Virus record (IMG/VR): IMGVR_UViG_3300024358_000470
Strand: one strand, 5' to 3'
DNA length: 64,000 nucleotides
Source: an uncultured virus (IMG/VR IMGVR_UViG_3300024358_000470)
Taxonomy: Duplodnaviria > Heunggongvirae > Uroviricota > Caudoviricetes
Notes under the pieces: generated by a model
The model's input: only the letters and a program-made list of their open reading frames with translations
The model's database searches: none
Told to the model about the DNA's origin: nothing
Part shown: piece after piece, positions 40,232-49,930 of the stretch
Layout of the letters: the number at the start of each line of letters is the position of its first letter
Position numbering within the stretch: the stretch's first letter is position 1
Made by a program: the position numbers and the translations under genes

Positions 40232-40816
40232 GTGGCAAGACTCAAGACAATCTCTCAATTTAAGAGTGCTCTAAGTGGTGGTGGTGCTCGTCCCAATCTA
40301 TTTGAAGTTGAATTGACAACTTTTCCATCTGGAATTTCTTGGGACGCAGATAAATTCAAGTATCTATGTAAAGCAGCCGCTTTACCGGCATCAAATATTG
40401 CAGCAATTGATGTTCCTTTTAGAGGAAGAACATTTAAAGTTGCAGGAGATAGAAGCATTGATGCTTGGACAGTAACCATCATCAACGACGAAGACTTCAA
40501 ACTTAGAAGAGCATTTGAAGCATGGAGTGAACTTATTGCAAAACTTGATAATAACCTTGGAGCGACAAATCCAGCAGCTTATATGAGCAATGCAACTGTC
40601 TATCAACTTGGAAGAGGTGCTACAGTAAATAGTACCACTAACGCAGGTTCGGACAGTTCTATCTTAGCTGCTTATAAGTTTGTTGACATTTTCCCAACAA
40701 GTGTTTCTAACATTGATCTTTCATATGATAGTGGAGATACTATTGAAGAATTTACTGTGGAATTCCAAGTTCAGTCTTACGAAATTATTAGCGGAGCAAC
40801 CGCATCTAAAGCTTGA
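40232..40816 (+). CDS. g19: Tail tube protein
   Basis: GGARPNLFEV; LPAS; FRGR...AGDR; IEEFTVEF; follows g18. Confidence 0.95.
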   Translation: MARLKTISQFKSALSGGGARPNLFEVELTTFPSGISWDADKFKYLCKAAALPASNIAAIDVPFRGRTFKVAGDRSIDAWTVTIINDEDFKLRRAFEAWSELIAKLDNNLGATNPAAYMSNATVYQLGRGATVNSTTNAGSDSSILAAYKFVDIFPTSVSNIDLSYDSGDTIEEFTVEFQVQSYEIISGATASKA

Positions 40817-40851
40817 TAAATAGTCAAAAGGCAAAGAACAAAAAATAAATT

Positions 40852-42540
40852 ATGGCAAGACTATTTGGATTCTCTATTGAGGATAAAGAACCACTGTCTC
40901 CGGGAGTGGTCAGTCCAGTTCCTCCTAATAACGAGGACTCGTCTGACCACTACTTGAGTAGTGGTTTTTTTGGTTCTTATGTTGATATTGAAGGTGTTTA
41001 TAGAACAGAGTTTGATTTAATTAAAAGATATCGTGAGATGGCATTACATCCAGAGTGTGATAGTGCTATTGAAGATATTGTAAATGAAGCGATTGTCTCG
41101 GATACAAATGATACTCCCATCCAAATTGACTTAGACAATCTGAATGCGAGTGATGGAATTAAGAAGAAAATAAGGCAAGAATTTAAACATATTTTATCAT
41201 TGCTCGACTTTGATAAAAAGTCCCATGAAATTTATAGAAATTGGTATGTTGATGGCAGATTATATTATCATAAAATAATTGATTTGAAGAATCCTCACGA
41301 AGGAATTCAAGAACTTCGTTATATTGACCCCATGAAAATGCGGTATGTAAGACAGCAGAAAAAAACTGAGAAAGATAAGTATAGATTATCAAATATTAAT
41401 ACAGATAATCCAATGGATTTTGAGTTTCCTCAGATTGAGGAATATTTCATTTATAATCCAAAAATGACATATCCAACAGGAAATCCTTCTTCTATGGGAG
41501 GTTCTCAGGGTATCAAAATGTCCAAAGATTCTATCACATACTGCACTTCCGGTCTTGTCGATAGAAACAAAGGATCAACACTGTCATATCTTCATAAAGC
41601 AATTAAATCACTCAATCAATTAAGAATGATTGAGGACTCTTTGGTAATTTATCGTTTATCAAGAGCGCCAGAAAGAAGAATTTTCTACATTGATGTGGGC
41701 AATCTTCCCAAGGTAAAAGCGGAACAATATCTTCGTGATGTTATGATGCGCTATCGTAACAAACTTGTCTATGACGCAAATACAGGCGAAATTCGTGATG
41801 ACAAAAAGTTCATGGCAATGCTTGAGGATTTTTGGCTCCCTCGTCGTGAAGGTGGTAGAGGAACTGAAATCACAACTCTTCCGGGTGGGCAAAATCTTGG
41901 AGAAATTACTGACATTGAGTACTTCAAGAAAAAACTCTATCGTTCTTTAAATGTTCCCCCATCAAGAATGGATGGAGAAGGTGGATTTAATCTTGGTCGT
42001 TCATCCGAAATTCTAAGAGATGAAGTTAAGTTCAGTAAGTTCGTTTCTCGTTTGAGAAAGAGATTCTCATACATGTTCCACGATATGCTGAGAACACAAT
42101 TAATCTTAAAGAATATTATAACTCCTGAAGATTGGAATATTATGGAAGAACATATTCAATATGACTTCCTATATGATAACCACTTTGCAGAACTTAAGGA
42201 TGCTGAGTTGCTAAATGAAAGACTCGGTATGGTTCAAATTGCAGAACCATATGTTGGGAAGTATTTTTCTCAAGACTATGTTCGTCGCAAAATTCTTCGC
42301 CAAACTGATGAAGAAATTATTGAGCAAGATAAAATTATCAAGAAAGAAATAGAAGATGGGATTATTCCAGATCCATCTGCACCAGTCGATCCTATGACAG
42401 GAATGCCAATCCAACCAGGAATGGAGCAAGGAACTGCTGGAATGGATTTGGGTCAACCAGTAATGGAACCAGAAATTAATGCTGCTCCAATGGAACCAAG
42501 TACAAAGGCAATGGAAATGCCCAAGGGGGGCGAAATATAA
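40852..42540 (+). CDS. g20: Portal vertex protein
   Basis: YRLSRAPERRIFYIDVGNLP; EDFWLPRREGGRGTEITTLPGG. Confidence 0.97.
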   Translation: MARLFGFSIEDKEPLSPGVVSPVPPNNEDSSDHYLSSGFFGSYVDIEGVYRTEFDLIKRYREMALHPECDSAIEDIVNEAIVSDTNDTPIQIDLDNLNASDGIKKKIRQEFKHILSLLDFDKKSHEIYRNWYVDGRLYYHKIIDLKNPHEGIQELRYIDPMKMRYVRQQKKTEKDKYRLSNINTDNPMDFEFPQIEEYFIYNPKMTYPTGNPSSMGGSQGIKMSKDSITYCTSGLVDRNKGSTLSYLHKAIKSLNQLRMIEDSLVIYRLSRAPERRIFYIDVGNLPKVKAEQYLRDVMMRYRNKLVYDANTGEIRDDKKFMAMLEDFWLPRREGGRGTEITTLPGGQNLGEITDIEYFKKKLYRSLNVPPSRMDGEGGFNLGRSSEILRDEVKFSKFVSRLRKRFSYMFHDMLRTQLILKNIITPEDWNIMEEHIQYDFLYDNHFAELKDAELLNERLGMVQIAEPYVGKYFSQDYVRRKILRQTDEEIIEQDKIIKKEIEDGIIPDPSAPVDPMTGMPIQPGMEQGTAGMDLGQPVMEPEINAAPMEPSTKAMEMPKGGEI

Positions 42541-42569
42541 ATAAAAACGATTACTTATAGGTTATTAAA

Positions 42570-42728
42570 ATGGATGAACTTATGGATATGATTGTGGGTG
42601 ATCAGTCACCTTCACAAATCAGCGATAAAATTAAAGAACTACTTTTTAACAAGTCTGCAGAAAAGATTGACGATTTTCGTCCTGCTGTAGCAAACGCAAT
42701 GTTTAATAGCGAAACAGAAGAGGAATAA
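42570..42728 (+). CDS. Small acidic-tailed protein at the prohead-core (gp67-like) position
   Basis: 52-aa ORF MDELMDMIV...SETEEE, not in the ORF track; preceded by TATAAATA at 42536. Confidence 0.6.
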   Translation: MDELMDMIVGDQSPSQISDKIKELLFNKSAEKIDDFRPAVANAMFNSETEEE

Positions 42729-42729
42729 T

Positions 42730-43050
42730 ATGAAATCATTCAAGCAATTTATATCTGAATCAGTTAATATTGCTGGTGATTTTACTGGAAACCTTTACAT
42801 TAATTCTCAATCAGAACAACCACAGCAGGTTGGTGAAGAGTATATTGCAGATGTTTTGTGGCAAGGGAGCTTATATCGGATGGAATTAATGACTAAAAAT
42901 GGAATTCCATCCAAAAGAGATTTGGGAGAACAACTGCAAAGTAATTATCCGGGGGCAGTAGTTCAACAAATATATCCCACAGAAGAAAAAAATTTAAACA
43001 TTAGAAACGCAAGACGATATCACCCATCAAAATTAGAATGGATTGACTAA
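42730..43050 (+). CDS. Probable internal head protein with capsid-targeting N-terminus
   Basis: Begins MKSFKQFISE, resembling the T4 internal-protein CTS; lies in the head operon. Confidence 0.6.
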   Translation: MKSFKQFISESVNIAGDFTGNLYINSQSEQPQQVGEEYIADVLWQGSLYRMELMTKNGIPSKRDLGEQLQSNYPGAVVQQIYPTEEKNLNIRNARRYHPSKLEWID

Positions 43051-43053
43051 TTT

Positions 43054-44637
43054 ATGGCTCAGTGGAATAAGACTACACAAGACTATCTAAATCAAGAAAG
43101 AACTTTGCATGAGGTTTATCTCCGTGCTGATGAGTATGGAAATATTCTAAATGAGAGTGCTTGTTCCAAGTCTGCCTTTGGTGAAAATATTTCAATCACA
43201 ATCACACCAAAAATTCAGGCAGATGCTGTCTATGGATTAGACCCAAGAGAGTTTGAGACATTTACATTTAGTGCAACAGGAGTTGCTACTCATGCAAACT
43301 CCACATTCATAGTTGGTGCTGGTTCTTCTGCAAATTCTTATGGTGTAATCAGAAGCACTAACTTTATCAGATATCGTCCAGGACAAGGTGTTGTTTGCAG
43401 ATTTACTGGTTCGTTCTCAAATAACCCAGTAGGATTTACACAAAGAGCAGGACTATTCAATCAAGAACAAGCAATTCAAATTGGATATGCACATACCAAT
43501 GGAAAGTTTGGTGTGCTTCGTGCTAATGGTGGTAAGGCAAGAATTCAAGGATTTGACTTTACTACACTTGATAATGGAGATGTAACAGTCACTCTCAATG
43601 GAACATCTTTCACTGCAGTAACAGTAAATTCAGGAACACTTGCAGGAAATCTTTCTCAACTCGTACAAGGATTAAGAGCACAAGCACTCTTTAATGCTTT
43701 ATGGTTGGTTGAGTATGATCAATCAAGATTAAGATTTTTAGCAACATCTCTTGGACCTCAAACTGGAACTTTTAATATCACAAGCACCGCACCAGCATCT
43801 TTTACAAATCAAATAGAACAGGCAGGTGTAGTACAAACAGAAAACTGGACTTTCCAAGAAGATTTTAATTTAGATAAACTTGATGGAACTGGATACTCTG
43901 GTATTACTCTAGACCCATCTAAGTTAAATGTATATCAAATCAACTTCCGTTGGTTAGGTGCTGGTGAGATTAGATATGCGATTGAAAATCCTCTAAATGG
44001 GGATATGATTTTCTTCCATAACGAGCACTATTCTAATAGAAACGAACTACCACACCTAGCAAATCCATCAATGAAGATTGGATATGTTGCTGCAAATTTG
44101 AATAATGGTGTGGGTGTTGTTACTTGTAGAGGTTCTTCTTTTATGGGAGCAATTGAAGGTATTGTTGAAAGAACAAAACTTCCATATTCAGTGACTACAA
44201 CCAGAAATGATAGTATGAACATTCCTGGTTCTTTATATCATCTCATTTCTCTTAAGAATAAACTAGTCTATCAAGGTAAGATTAATACCAGAGATTTACT
44301 TCCCAGAAGACTTACTGCATCAGTAAATACAACAGGAGACCCAGCAGTTATTCGTATATATTGGAACCCAGTTCTTACAAATTATTTGAGATGGACTACT
44401 CAAAGTGATTTTAATGCATCACTTTATGCAACTCAGGATAGTACTGGATTATTTACTTTAGCAGCACAACCAATTCCTGCTGTTGCTGCTTTCCATGTAT
44501 CAGACAACTCAACGATTGATGTTGATTTATCAGAAATTGGACTTCATGTTCCACCAAATAATTTTATAACCGCAGTAATTTCATCAACATCTAATATTAC
44601 TGCTGCTAGTGCTTCGTTCATTTATGTGGAAGACTAA
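43054..44637 (+). CDS. Putative virion structural protein
   Basis: 527 aa, beta-rich; YRPGQG and QINFRWLGAG motifs; between g20 and g21. Confidence 0.5.
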   Translation: MAQWNKTTQDYLNQERTLHEVYLRADEYGNILNESACSKSAFGENISITITPKIQADAVYGLDPREFETFTFSATGVATHANSTFIVGAGSSANSYGVIRSTNFIRYRPGQGVVCRFTGSFSNNPVGFTQRAGLFNQEQAIQIGYAHTNGKFGVLRANGGKARIQGFDFTTLDNGDVTVTLNGTSFTAVTVNSGTLAGNLSQLVQGLRAQALFNALWLVEYDQSRLRFLATSLGPQTGTFNITSTAPASFTNQIEQAGVVQTENWTFQEDFNLDKLDGTGYSGITLDPSKLNVYQINFRWLGAGEIRYAIENPLNGDMIFFHNEHYSNRNELPHLANPSMKIGYVAANLNNGVGVVTCRGSSFMGAIEGIVERTKLPYSVTTTRNDSMNIPGSLYHLISLKNKLVYQGKINTRDLLPRRLTASVNTTGDPAVIRIYWNPVLTNYLRWTTQSDFNASLYATQDSTGLFTLAAQPIPAVAAFHVSDNSTIDVDLSEIGLHVPPNNFITAVISSTSNITAASASFIYVED

Positions 44638-44673
44638 TAATAATAAATAACTAATAAAGTCTTTATTATACAA

Positions 44674-44940
44674 ATGCAAAGAACTAAAATAATTGAATCT
44701 GAAGTAACTACAGGAACTACTGCTGGTACAGCATCAAGTATTAGTAGTGCAACCTGCGTGAGACTTTGTAATGACACTGGAAGTCTTGTTACGGTAGGCG
44801 TTTCCACAATGGTTGGTGCAGCAACAACAAATTTCTTCACTATGCCAAGTTACGCCGTAGAGTTTTTGGAAAAGTTTCCAAATGATGTTATTTGGACATC
44901 ATCCGCAATTAAAGCTTCCAAAGTAGGATTTACCAACTAA
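44674..44940 (+). CDS. Small hypothetical head-region protein
   Basis: 88 aa ending KVGFTN, directly before g21; ATAAATA at 44643. Confidence 0.55.
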   Translation: MQRTKIIESEVTTGTTAGTASSISSATCVRLCNDTGSLVTVGVSTMVGAATTNFFTMPSYAVEFLEKFPNDVIWTSSAIKASKVGFTN

Positions 44941-44945
44941 GAAAA

Positions 44946-45596
44946 ATGAAACTAATCAGAGAAGAAATCGAAAAGGTTGAAGTTATTACCGAAAATGTAA
45001 ACGGTAAAAAATCAATGTTTATTAAAGGAATTTTCCTTCAAAGTGAATGCGTAAATCGCAACGGTAGACTTTATCCTTTTTCAATCATGGAAAGGGAAGT
45101 CAATCGTTATAACGAAAACTATGTTCAAAAAGGTCGTGCTCTCGGTGAACTTGGGCACCCAGATGGACCAACCGTAAACCTTGATAGAGTTTCTCACAAG
45201 ATTACTGAACTCCATCAAGAGGGCAATAATTTCATTGGTAAGGCACAAATCCTTTCAACTCCAATGGGCAAAATTGCAGAATCTCTTCTTAAAGAAGGTG
45301 TTTGCCTTGGCGTTTCTTCTCGTGGTATTGGTTCTTTAAGAGAGAATCAAAAAGGTTATAGAGAAGTTGGTGAAGACTTTATGCTTGCAACTGCTGCTGA
45401 TATTGTAGCAGATCCTTCAGCACCTGATGCCTTTGTTCAAGGAATCATGGAAGGAAAGGAGTGGATTTGGGATGGTGGTATTCTTAGAGAGAAGGTAGCG
45501 GAAAACACTAAACGTAGAATAAATACTTTAGTTGATCAGGGTATCCTTGAAGAATACAAGTTATCCTTGTTCGATGAGTTTTTAAATTCATTGTAA
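44946..45596 (+). CDS. g21: Prohead core protease
   Basis: NRNGRLY; GELGHP; GVSSRGIGS; DIVADPSAPDA. Confidence 0.96.
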   Translation: MKLIREEIEKVEVITENVNGKKSMFIKGIFLQSECVNRNGRLYPFSIMEREVNRYNENYVQKGRALGELGHPDGPTVNLDRVSHKITELHQEGNNFIGKAQILSTPMGKIAESLLKEGVCLGVSSRGIGSLRENQKGYREVGEDFMLATAADIVADPSAPDAFVQGIMEGKEWIWDGGILREKVAENTKRRINTLVDQGILEEYKLSLFDEFLNSL

Positions 45597-45606
45597 TTTG
45601 TTAATT

Positions 45607-45614
45607 TATAAATA
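45607..45614 (+). promoter_or_regulatory. T4 late promoter TATAAATA for g22/g23
   Basis: Exact T4 late consensus 45 nt upstream of the g22 ATG, with GGAG RBS. Confidence 0.8.
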
Positions 45615-45651
45615 AATATAGTTTATAACTAAGGTTAAACGGAGAGTTCAA

Positions 45652-46839
45652 ATGTCTCGTGGAGATTTACAAGAAATGGAAGTAGGCACAAAGCAATCCC
45701 GAACCGCTGTTAATGCAAATGCTAAAGCGGCGGAAGCGATGCCAAAACTAACCACAGGAATTCCTGATGGTCAAACTGCTGGTTGGGAAGATCTTGGTGG
45801 TCCCGATCCTTCTAATTATCGTCCTGATGACGATTCTGCAAAACTTAAGACACCTGGCGCAACTCTTAAGCAAGTAAGAGATGTTGTCAACAAAGGTGCT
45901 AAAGGTGCAGATCCAATGAAGGGTCTTCACAAAGAAGAGGAAGAACTCGAAGATGAAGATTTAATCGAAGAAGAGATTGAAGAGGGTGAGGAAGAAGAAG
46001 TAGTTGCTGAGGCTGCGGAAGAAGAGGAAGAAACACCCAAGAAAAAAGCAAAGAAAGAAGAAGACGAAGACGAAGAAGAAGATGAGGATGAGGATGAAGA
46101 AGACATGAAGGAAGAGTTTGATATCGAAGAAGATGTCAATGCTCTACTTGAAGGTGAGGAGCTTTCTGAGGAATTCCAAGAGAAAGCACGCACTATCTTC
46201 GAAGCAGCTCTTCGTTCAAAAGTTGCCGATATTCAAGAGGCACTTGAAGAGCAGTATGCCACTGCACTTGCAGAGGAAGTAGAAGAAATTAAGACTGAGC
46301 TTGCTGAGCGTGTAGACGCTTATCTTGAGTATGTTGCTGACGAGTGGATGCAAGAAAATGCACTCGTTATTGAGCAAGGTCTTAAGACCGAAATGACCGA
46401 ATCATTCCTCCAAGGAATGAAGGGTCTTTTTGAAGAACATTATGTATCAATCCCTGAAGATAAATATGATGTGCTTGAGAGCATGGTAGATAAACTTGAT
46501 GAAATGGAGACAAAACTCAACGAGCAGATTGAGAAGAACGTTTCACTCAACAAGCGTCTCGCAGAGTCGGTTGCTGATGGAATCTTTGAACAGGTCGCTG
46601 ATGGTCTTGCAGACACTCAGAAAGACAAGCTCGCTTCACTTGCCGAAAGTGTTGAGTTTGAAAGTGAAGAAGAATATCGTGAAAAACTGGAGACTTTGAA
46701 GGAATCATATTTCCCTTCAAGAGTTGTATCTCCATCTGCTAAGACTGAAACACTGTCCGAAGGTGCTGACGTTGCGCCCGAATCTTATTCGGATTCAATG
46801 GCTGCATATCTAAGAACGCTTTCAGCATTTGGCAAATAA
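45652..46839 (+). CDS. g22: Prohead core scaffold protein
   Basis: Acidic low-complexity segment; LSEEF..KA..IFEAA; YLEYVADEW; between g21 and g23. Confidence 0.93.
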   Translation: MSRGDLQEMEVGTKQSRTAVNANAKAAEAMPKLTTGIPDGQTAGWEDLGGPDPSNYRPDDDSAKLKTPGATLKQVRDVVNKGAKGADPMKGLHKEEEELEDEDLIEEEIEEGEEEEVVAEAAEEEEETPKKKAKKEEDEDEEEDEDEDEEDMKEEFDIEEDVNALLEGEELSEEFQEKARTIFEAALRSKVADIQEALEEQYATALAEEVEEIKTELAERVDAYLEYVADEWMQENALVIEQGLKTEMTESFLQGMKGLFEEHYVSIPEDKYDVLESMVDKLDEMETKLNEQIEKNVSLNKRLAESVADGIFEQVADGLADTQKDKLASLAESVEFESEEEYREKLETLKESYFPSRVVSPSAKTETLSEGADVAPESYSDSMAAYLRTLSAFGK

Positions 46840-46899
46840 TTGAATTTAATATAATTCAAACCCAAAAAAAACAAACACTTAGTAAAAAGGTAAAAGCAA

Positions 46900-48345
46900 A
46901 TGTTCCATTCCGAGCATCTGCAGGAAAAGTGGGCACCACTCTTAGACTATCAGGGTCTTGATCCAATCAGAGATTCTCATCGTAGAGCTGTAACCGCTGT
47001 CCTGCTCGAAAACCAAGAAAAATTCCTAAGAGAGGAATCAGCATTTAACACAGGTGGTATTACCAACCTGATGGAAGCACCAACCAACGCTACCGGTTCA
47101 TACGGAGCTGCTGGTGCATCTGCACACGGATTCAGTGGCGGTGCTGCTGCTGGTGGTCCTACCGCAGGTTTCGATCCAGTTCTGATTTCACTCATTCGTC
47201 GTTCAATGCCTAACCTGGTCGCTTATGACCTCGCTGGCGTTCAACCAATGAGCGGTCCTACTGGTCTTATCTTCGCAATGCGTTCACGCTACACTAACCA
47301 GAGTGGCTCTGAAACCTTCTATGATGAAGTAGATACTGGATTCTCCGGAAACAATTCAGCATTCGATGCTACCGGTGGATTCAGCGATGTTGCCGCTGGT
47401 ATGGGTACAACGACTCAGAAGGGTTCGAACCCATCTGTTCTCAACCCAGTTAGCAGTGCAACCACTTCTGCTTATAATGTCGGTCAAGGAATGCGTACTA
47501 ATGACGCAGAAGCCCTTGGCGACGGAGTAGATGGTGATCACTTCAATCAGATGGCTTTCTCAATCGAGAAGGTCACTGTTACTGCTAAGAGCCGCGCTCT
47601 GAAAGCAGAGTACAGCCTTGAGCTTGCTCAAGACCTGAAGGCAATCCATGGTCTGAATGCTGAAGCGGAACTCGCAAATATTCTCTCAACTGAGATTCTT
47701 GCAGAGATCAACCGCGAAGTTATTCGTACCATCTACAAGGTTGCTGAACAGGGTGCTGCACAAAACGTTGCAACCCCAGGTATCTTCGACCTCGACATTG
47801 ACTCAAATGGTCGTTGGTCCGTTGAGAAGTTCAAGGGTCTTCTATTCCAAATCGAGCGTGATGCTAACGCAATCGCACAAAGAACTCGTCGCGGAAAGGG
47901 CAACATCATCATGTGCTCTGCTGACGTTGCTTCAGCACTGACCATGGCTGGTGTTCTCGATTACACCCCTGCACTCAACGCTAACCTAACCGTTGATGAC
48001 ACTGGCAATACTTTTGCTGGTACTCTAATGGGCAAGTTCCGCGTATATATTGACCCATATGCATCTAACCTGACTTCAGGTAATGAGACTCCAGGTAACC
48101 AGTACTATGTTGTTGGTTATAAGGGTTCTTCACCTTATGATGCTGGTCTCTTCTATTGCCCATATGTTCCTCTCCAAATGGTTCGTGCCGTTGGTGAGAA
48201 CAGCTTCCAGCCCAAAATTGGCTTTAAGACCCGCTACGGTCTTGTTGCTAACCCATTCGCTGAAGGCAAGAACCAGGGTCTCGGTAGTCTTACCGTTAAC
48301 GCTAACCGTTACTATCGTAGAGTTGCGGTCAAAAATCTCATGTAA
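46900..48345 (+). CDS. g23: Major capsid protein
   Basis: KWAPLLD; GVQPMSGPTGLIFAMR; KSRALKAEYSLELAQDLKAIHG; FQPKIGFKTRYG. Confidence 0.98.
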   Translation: MFHSEHLQEKWAPLLDYQGLDPIRDSHRRAVTAVLLENQEKFLREESAFNTGGITNLMEAPTNATGSYGAAGASAHGFSGGAAAGGPTAGFDPVLISLIRRSMPNLVAYDLAGVQPMSGPTGLIFAMRSRYTNQSGSETFYDEVDTGFSGNNSAFDATGGFSDVAAGMGTTTQKGSNPSVLNPVSSATTSAYNVGQGMRTNDAEALGDGVDGDHFNQMAFSIEKVTVTAKSRALKAEYSLELAQDLKAIHGLNAEAELANILSTEILAEINREVIRTIYKVAEQGAAQNVATPGIFDLDIDSNGRWSVEKFKGLLFQIERDANAIAQRTRRGKGNIIMCSADVASALTMAGVLDYTPALNANLTVDDTGNTFAGTLMGKFRVYIDPYASNLTSGNETPGNQYYVVGYKGSSPYDAGLFYCPYVPLQMVRAVGENSFQPKIGFKTRYGLVANPFAEGKNQGLGSLTVNANRYYRRVAVKNLM

Positions 48346-48366
48346 ATCTCATATGGAGATTACTTG

Positions 48367-48394
48367 GAGGACCTCAAAAAGGTCCTCTTTTTTT
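48367..48394 (+). terminator. Rho-independent terminator after g23
   Basis: GAGGACCT-caaaa-AGGTCCTC stem followed by T7; the T-run runs into TATAAATA. Confidence 0.85.
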
Positions 48395-48424
48395 ATAAAT
48401 ACTATAGTTAAAAACTTCCGTGAT

Positions 48425-48901
48425 ATGTTTTATATTTACAAATCAACTAATAAAATTAATAATAAATTTTATATAGGTAGATGTAAAGGTCCTATTGAAA
48501 ATAGAGAATATAAACACTGGTGGTATGCTTTTAATAAAAATAGTAATGCACCATTTCCAAATGCTTTACGTAAATATGGAAGAGATAACTTTACATGGGA
48601 AATAATAGAACAAACTGAAGAATATAATAATGGAGAAAGAGAAATTTATTGGATAGATAAACTAAAACCACAGTATAATGCCACTTTAGGAGGAGACGGA
48701 GGAACTCTTGGTCGTTCGTGCCCAGAGCATGTAAAAGAAGCGACAAGACAATCAAGAATTGTATCAGTCAAAGATAAAAAAACTGAAAAAGTTTATTCGT
48801 CTATGAAAGAAGCAAGGAAAGATACTGGAGTATTGGAAAGTAGTATAAGCAGGTCTATAAAATATAATGGTCCTGGCAGTAGATGGGAAAGAGTTATCTA
48901 A
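48425..48901 (+). mobile_element. Free-standing GIY-YIG (Seg-like) homing endonuclease
   Basis: MFYIYKSTNKINNKFYIG...R...ALRKYG..NF...E..WI...YN; C-terminal YSSMKEA...SISR NUMOD1/HTH-like segment. True start is the ATG at 48425. Confidence 0.85.
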
Positions 48902-48917
48902 ATATTTAAAAAATACC

Positions 48918-49469
48918 ATGACGATTGGACAACCAGAGAATAGGAATTTTCTATCTCCAACAGGATTTAAATTTACGTTAAAGAGAACTCCGAAAGTTGC
49001 TTTCTTCTGCAATTCAGCAAATATTCCAGAAATAACTCTTGGTCTTGCATCTCAACCATCGTATCTAAAAGATATTGATGTCCCAGGAGATAAAATTGTA
49101 TTTGGAGATTTGACTCTTAGATTTCTTGTAGATGAAGATCTACAAAACTATATGGAAATTCAAAATTGGATGAGGGGTCTTGGGTATCCAGAAAGTTTGG
49201 AACAAATTTACGATTTCCAAGAAACCGGATTCATAAATCCAAAGATTGAATCCCAGAAACAAATGGGATTATATTCCGATGGAACTTTACAAGTACTGAC
49301 AAGTTCATCAATTCCAAATTTTCAAATTACATTTAAAGATTTATTTCCATACTCATTAGGAACTTTAAGTTTTGATGCAACACAAACTGATGTACAATAC
49401 TTTACAGCAGACGTATCTTTCAAGTATACTATTTACAATATAGTAGATCTTGGTGGAAATCCCTTATGA
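48918..49469 (+). CDS. g3: Tail tube terminator/completion protein
   Basis: NRNFLSPTGFKF; ANIP; PGD; FLVDEDLQNYMEI..W. Confidence 0.85.
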   Translation: MTIGQPENRNFLSPTGFKFTLKRTPKVAFFCNSANIPEITLGLASQPSYLKDIDVPGDKIVFGDLTLRFLVDEDLQNYMEIQNWMRGLGYPESLEQIYDFQETGFINPKIESQKQMGLYSDGTLQVLTSSSIPNFQITFKDLFPYSLGTLSFDATQTDVQYFTADVSFKYTIYNIVDLGGNPL

Positions 49470-49903
49470 GTTTTGATCTGGATATGATTCAAAAGATGTG
49501 GGAGCAGGACTCCAAAATTGATATGGATAATTTGCACACAGAGTCCACAAATATTCCAGTTCTTCATGCAAAATATTTTGATTTATACAATACAATATTT
49601 CTTTTAAGAAAAAAAGCAGAGCAACAGAAAAGAAATATTCGTCACGAAAGATATGAATACTATTCTGGAAAATCAGATCCAGAGGTATATGTAGAAAATC
49701 CATTCCCCAAAAAGATTCGTGATAAAGACACAATGCAAAAGTATCTTGATGCTGATGAAAAACTTTCGACAGTATGCCTGAAGATTGATTACTACGATAC
49801 AATGTTGACTTATATTGAAAGTATTCTAAAGATGATTCAAAATAGAACTTATCAAATTAAAAATGCAATTGAATTTATGAGATTTAACGCTGGACTTGGG
49901 TAA
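49466..49903 (+). CDS. uvsY: Recombination mediator UvsY
   Basis: LHAKY...YYSGK...YLDAD...RTYQIKNAIEF; synteny g3-uvsY-uvsW. Confidence 0.88.
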   Translation: MSFDLDMIQKMWEQDSKIDMDNLHTESTNIPVLHAKYFDLYNTIFLLRKKAEQQKRNIRHERYEYYSGKSDPEVYVENPFPKKIRDKDTMQKYLDADEKLSTVCLKIDYYDTMLTYIESILKMIQNRTYQIKNAIEFMRFNAGLG

Positions 49904-49930
49904 ATAAATAATCATAGCAATATTAATGCT

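Noticed and set aside
45927..46193. Poly-Ser minus-strand ORF / GAA-rich simple repeat
   Set aside because: Antisense of the acidic stretch in the g22 scaffold, which is normal for this family.
36022..48345. Introns or inteins in terminase, sheath, portal or capsid genes
   Set aside because: Frames are continuous, lengths look normal for these families, and no intein-like terminal motifs or extra domains are apparent.
46900..48345. Higher GC and C-ending codons in g23 (and 3' cobS) as a sign of horizontal transfer
   Set aside because: More simply explained by codon optimisation of highly expressed genes; not quantified.
48083..48424. N-terminal extension of the GIY-YIG ORF overlapping g23 (possible frameshift fusion)
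   Set aside because: A terminator and late promoter lie between them, and the domain starts cleanly at ATG 48425.
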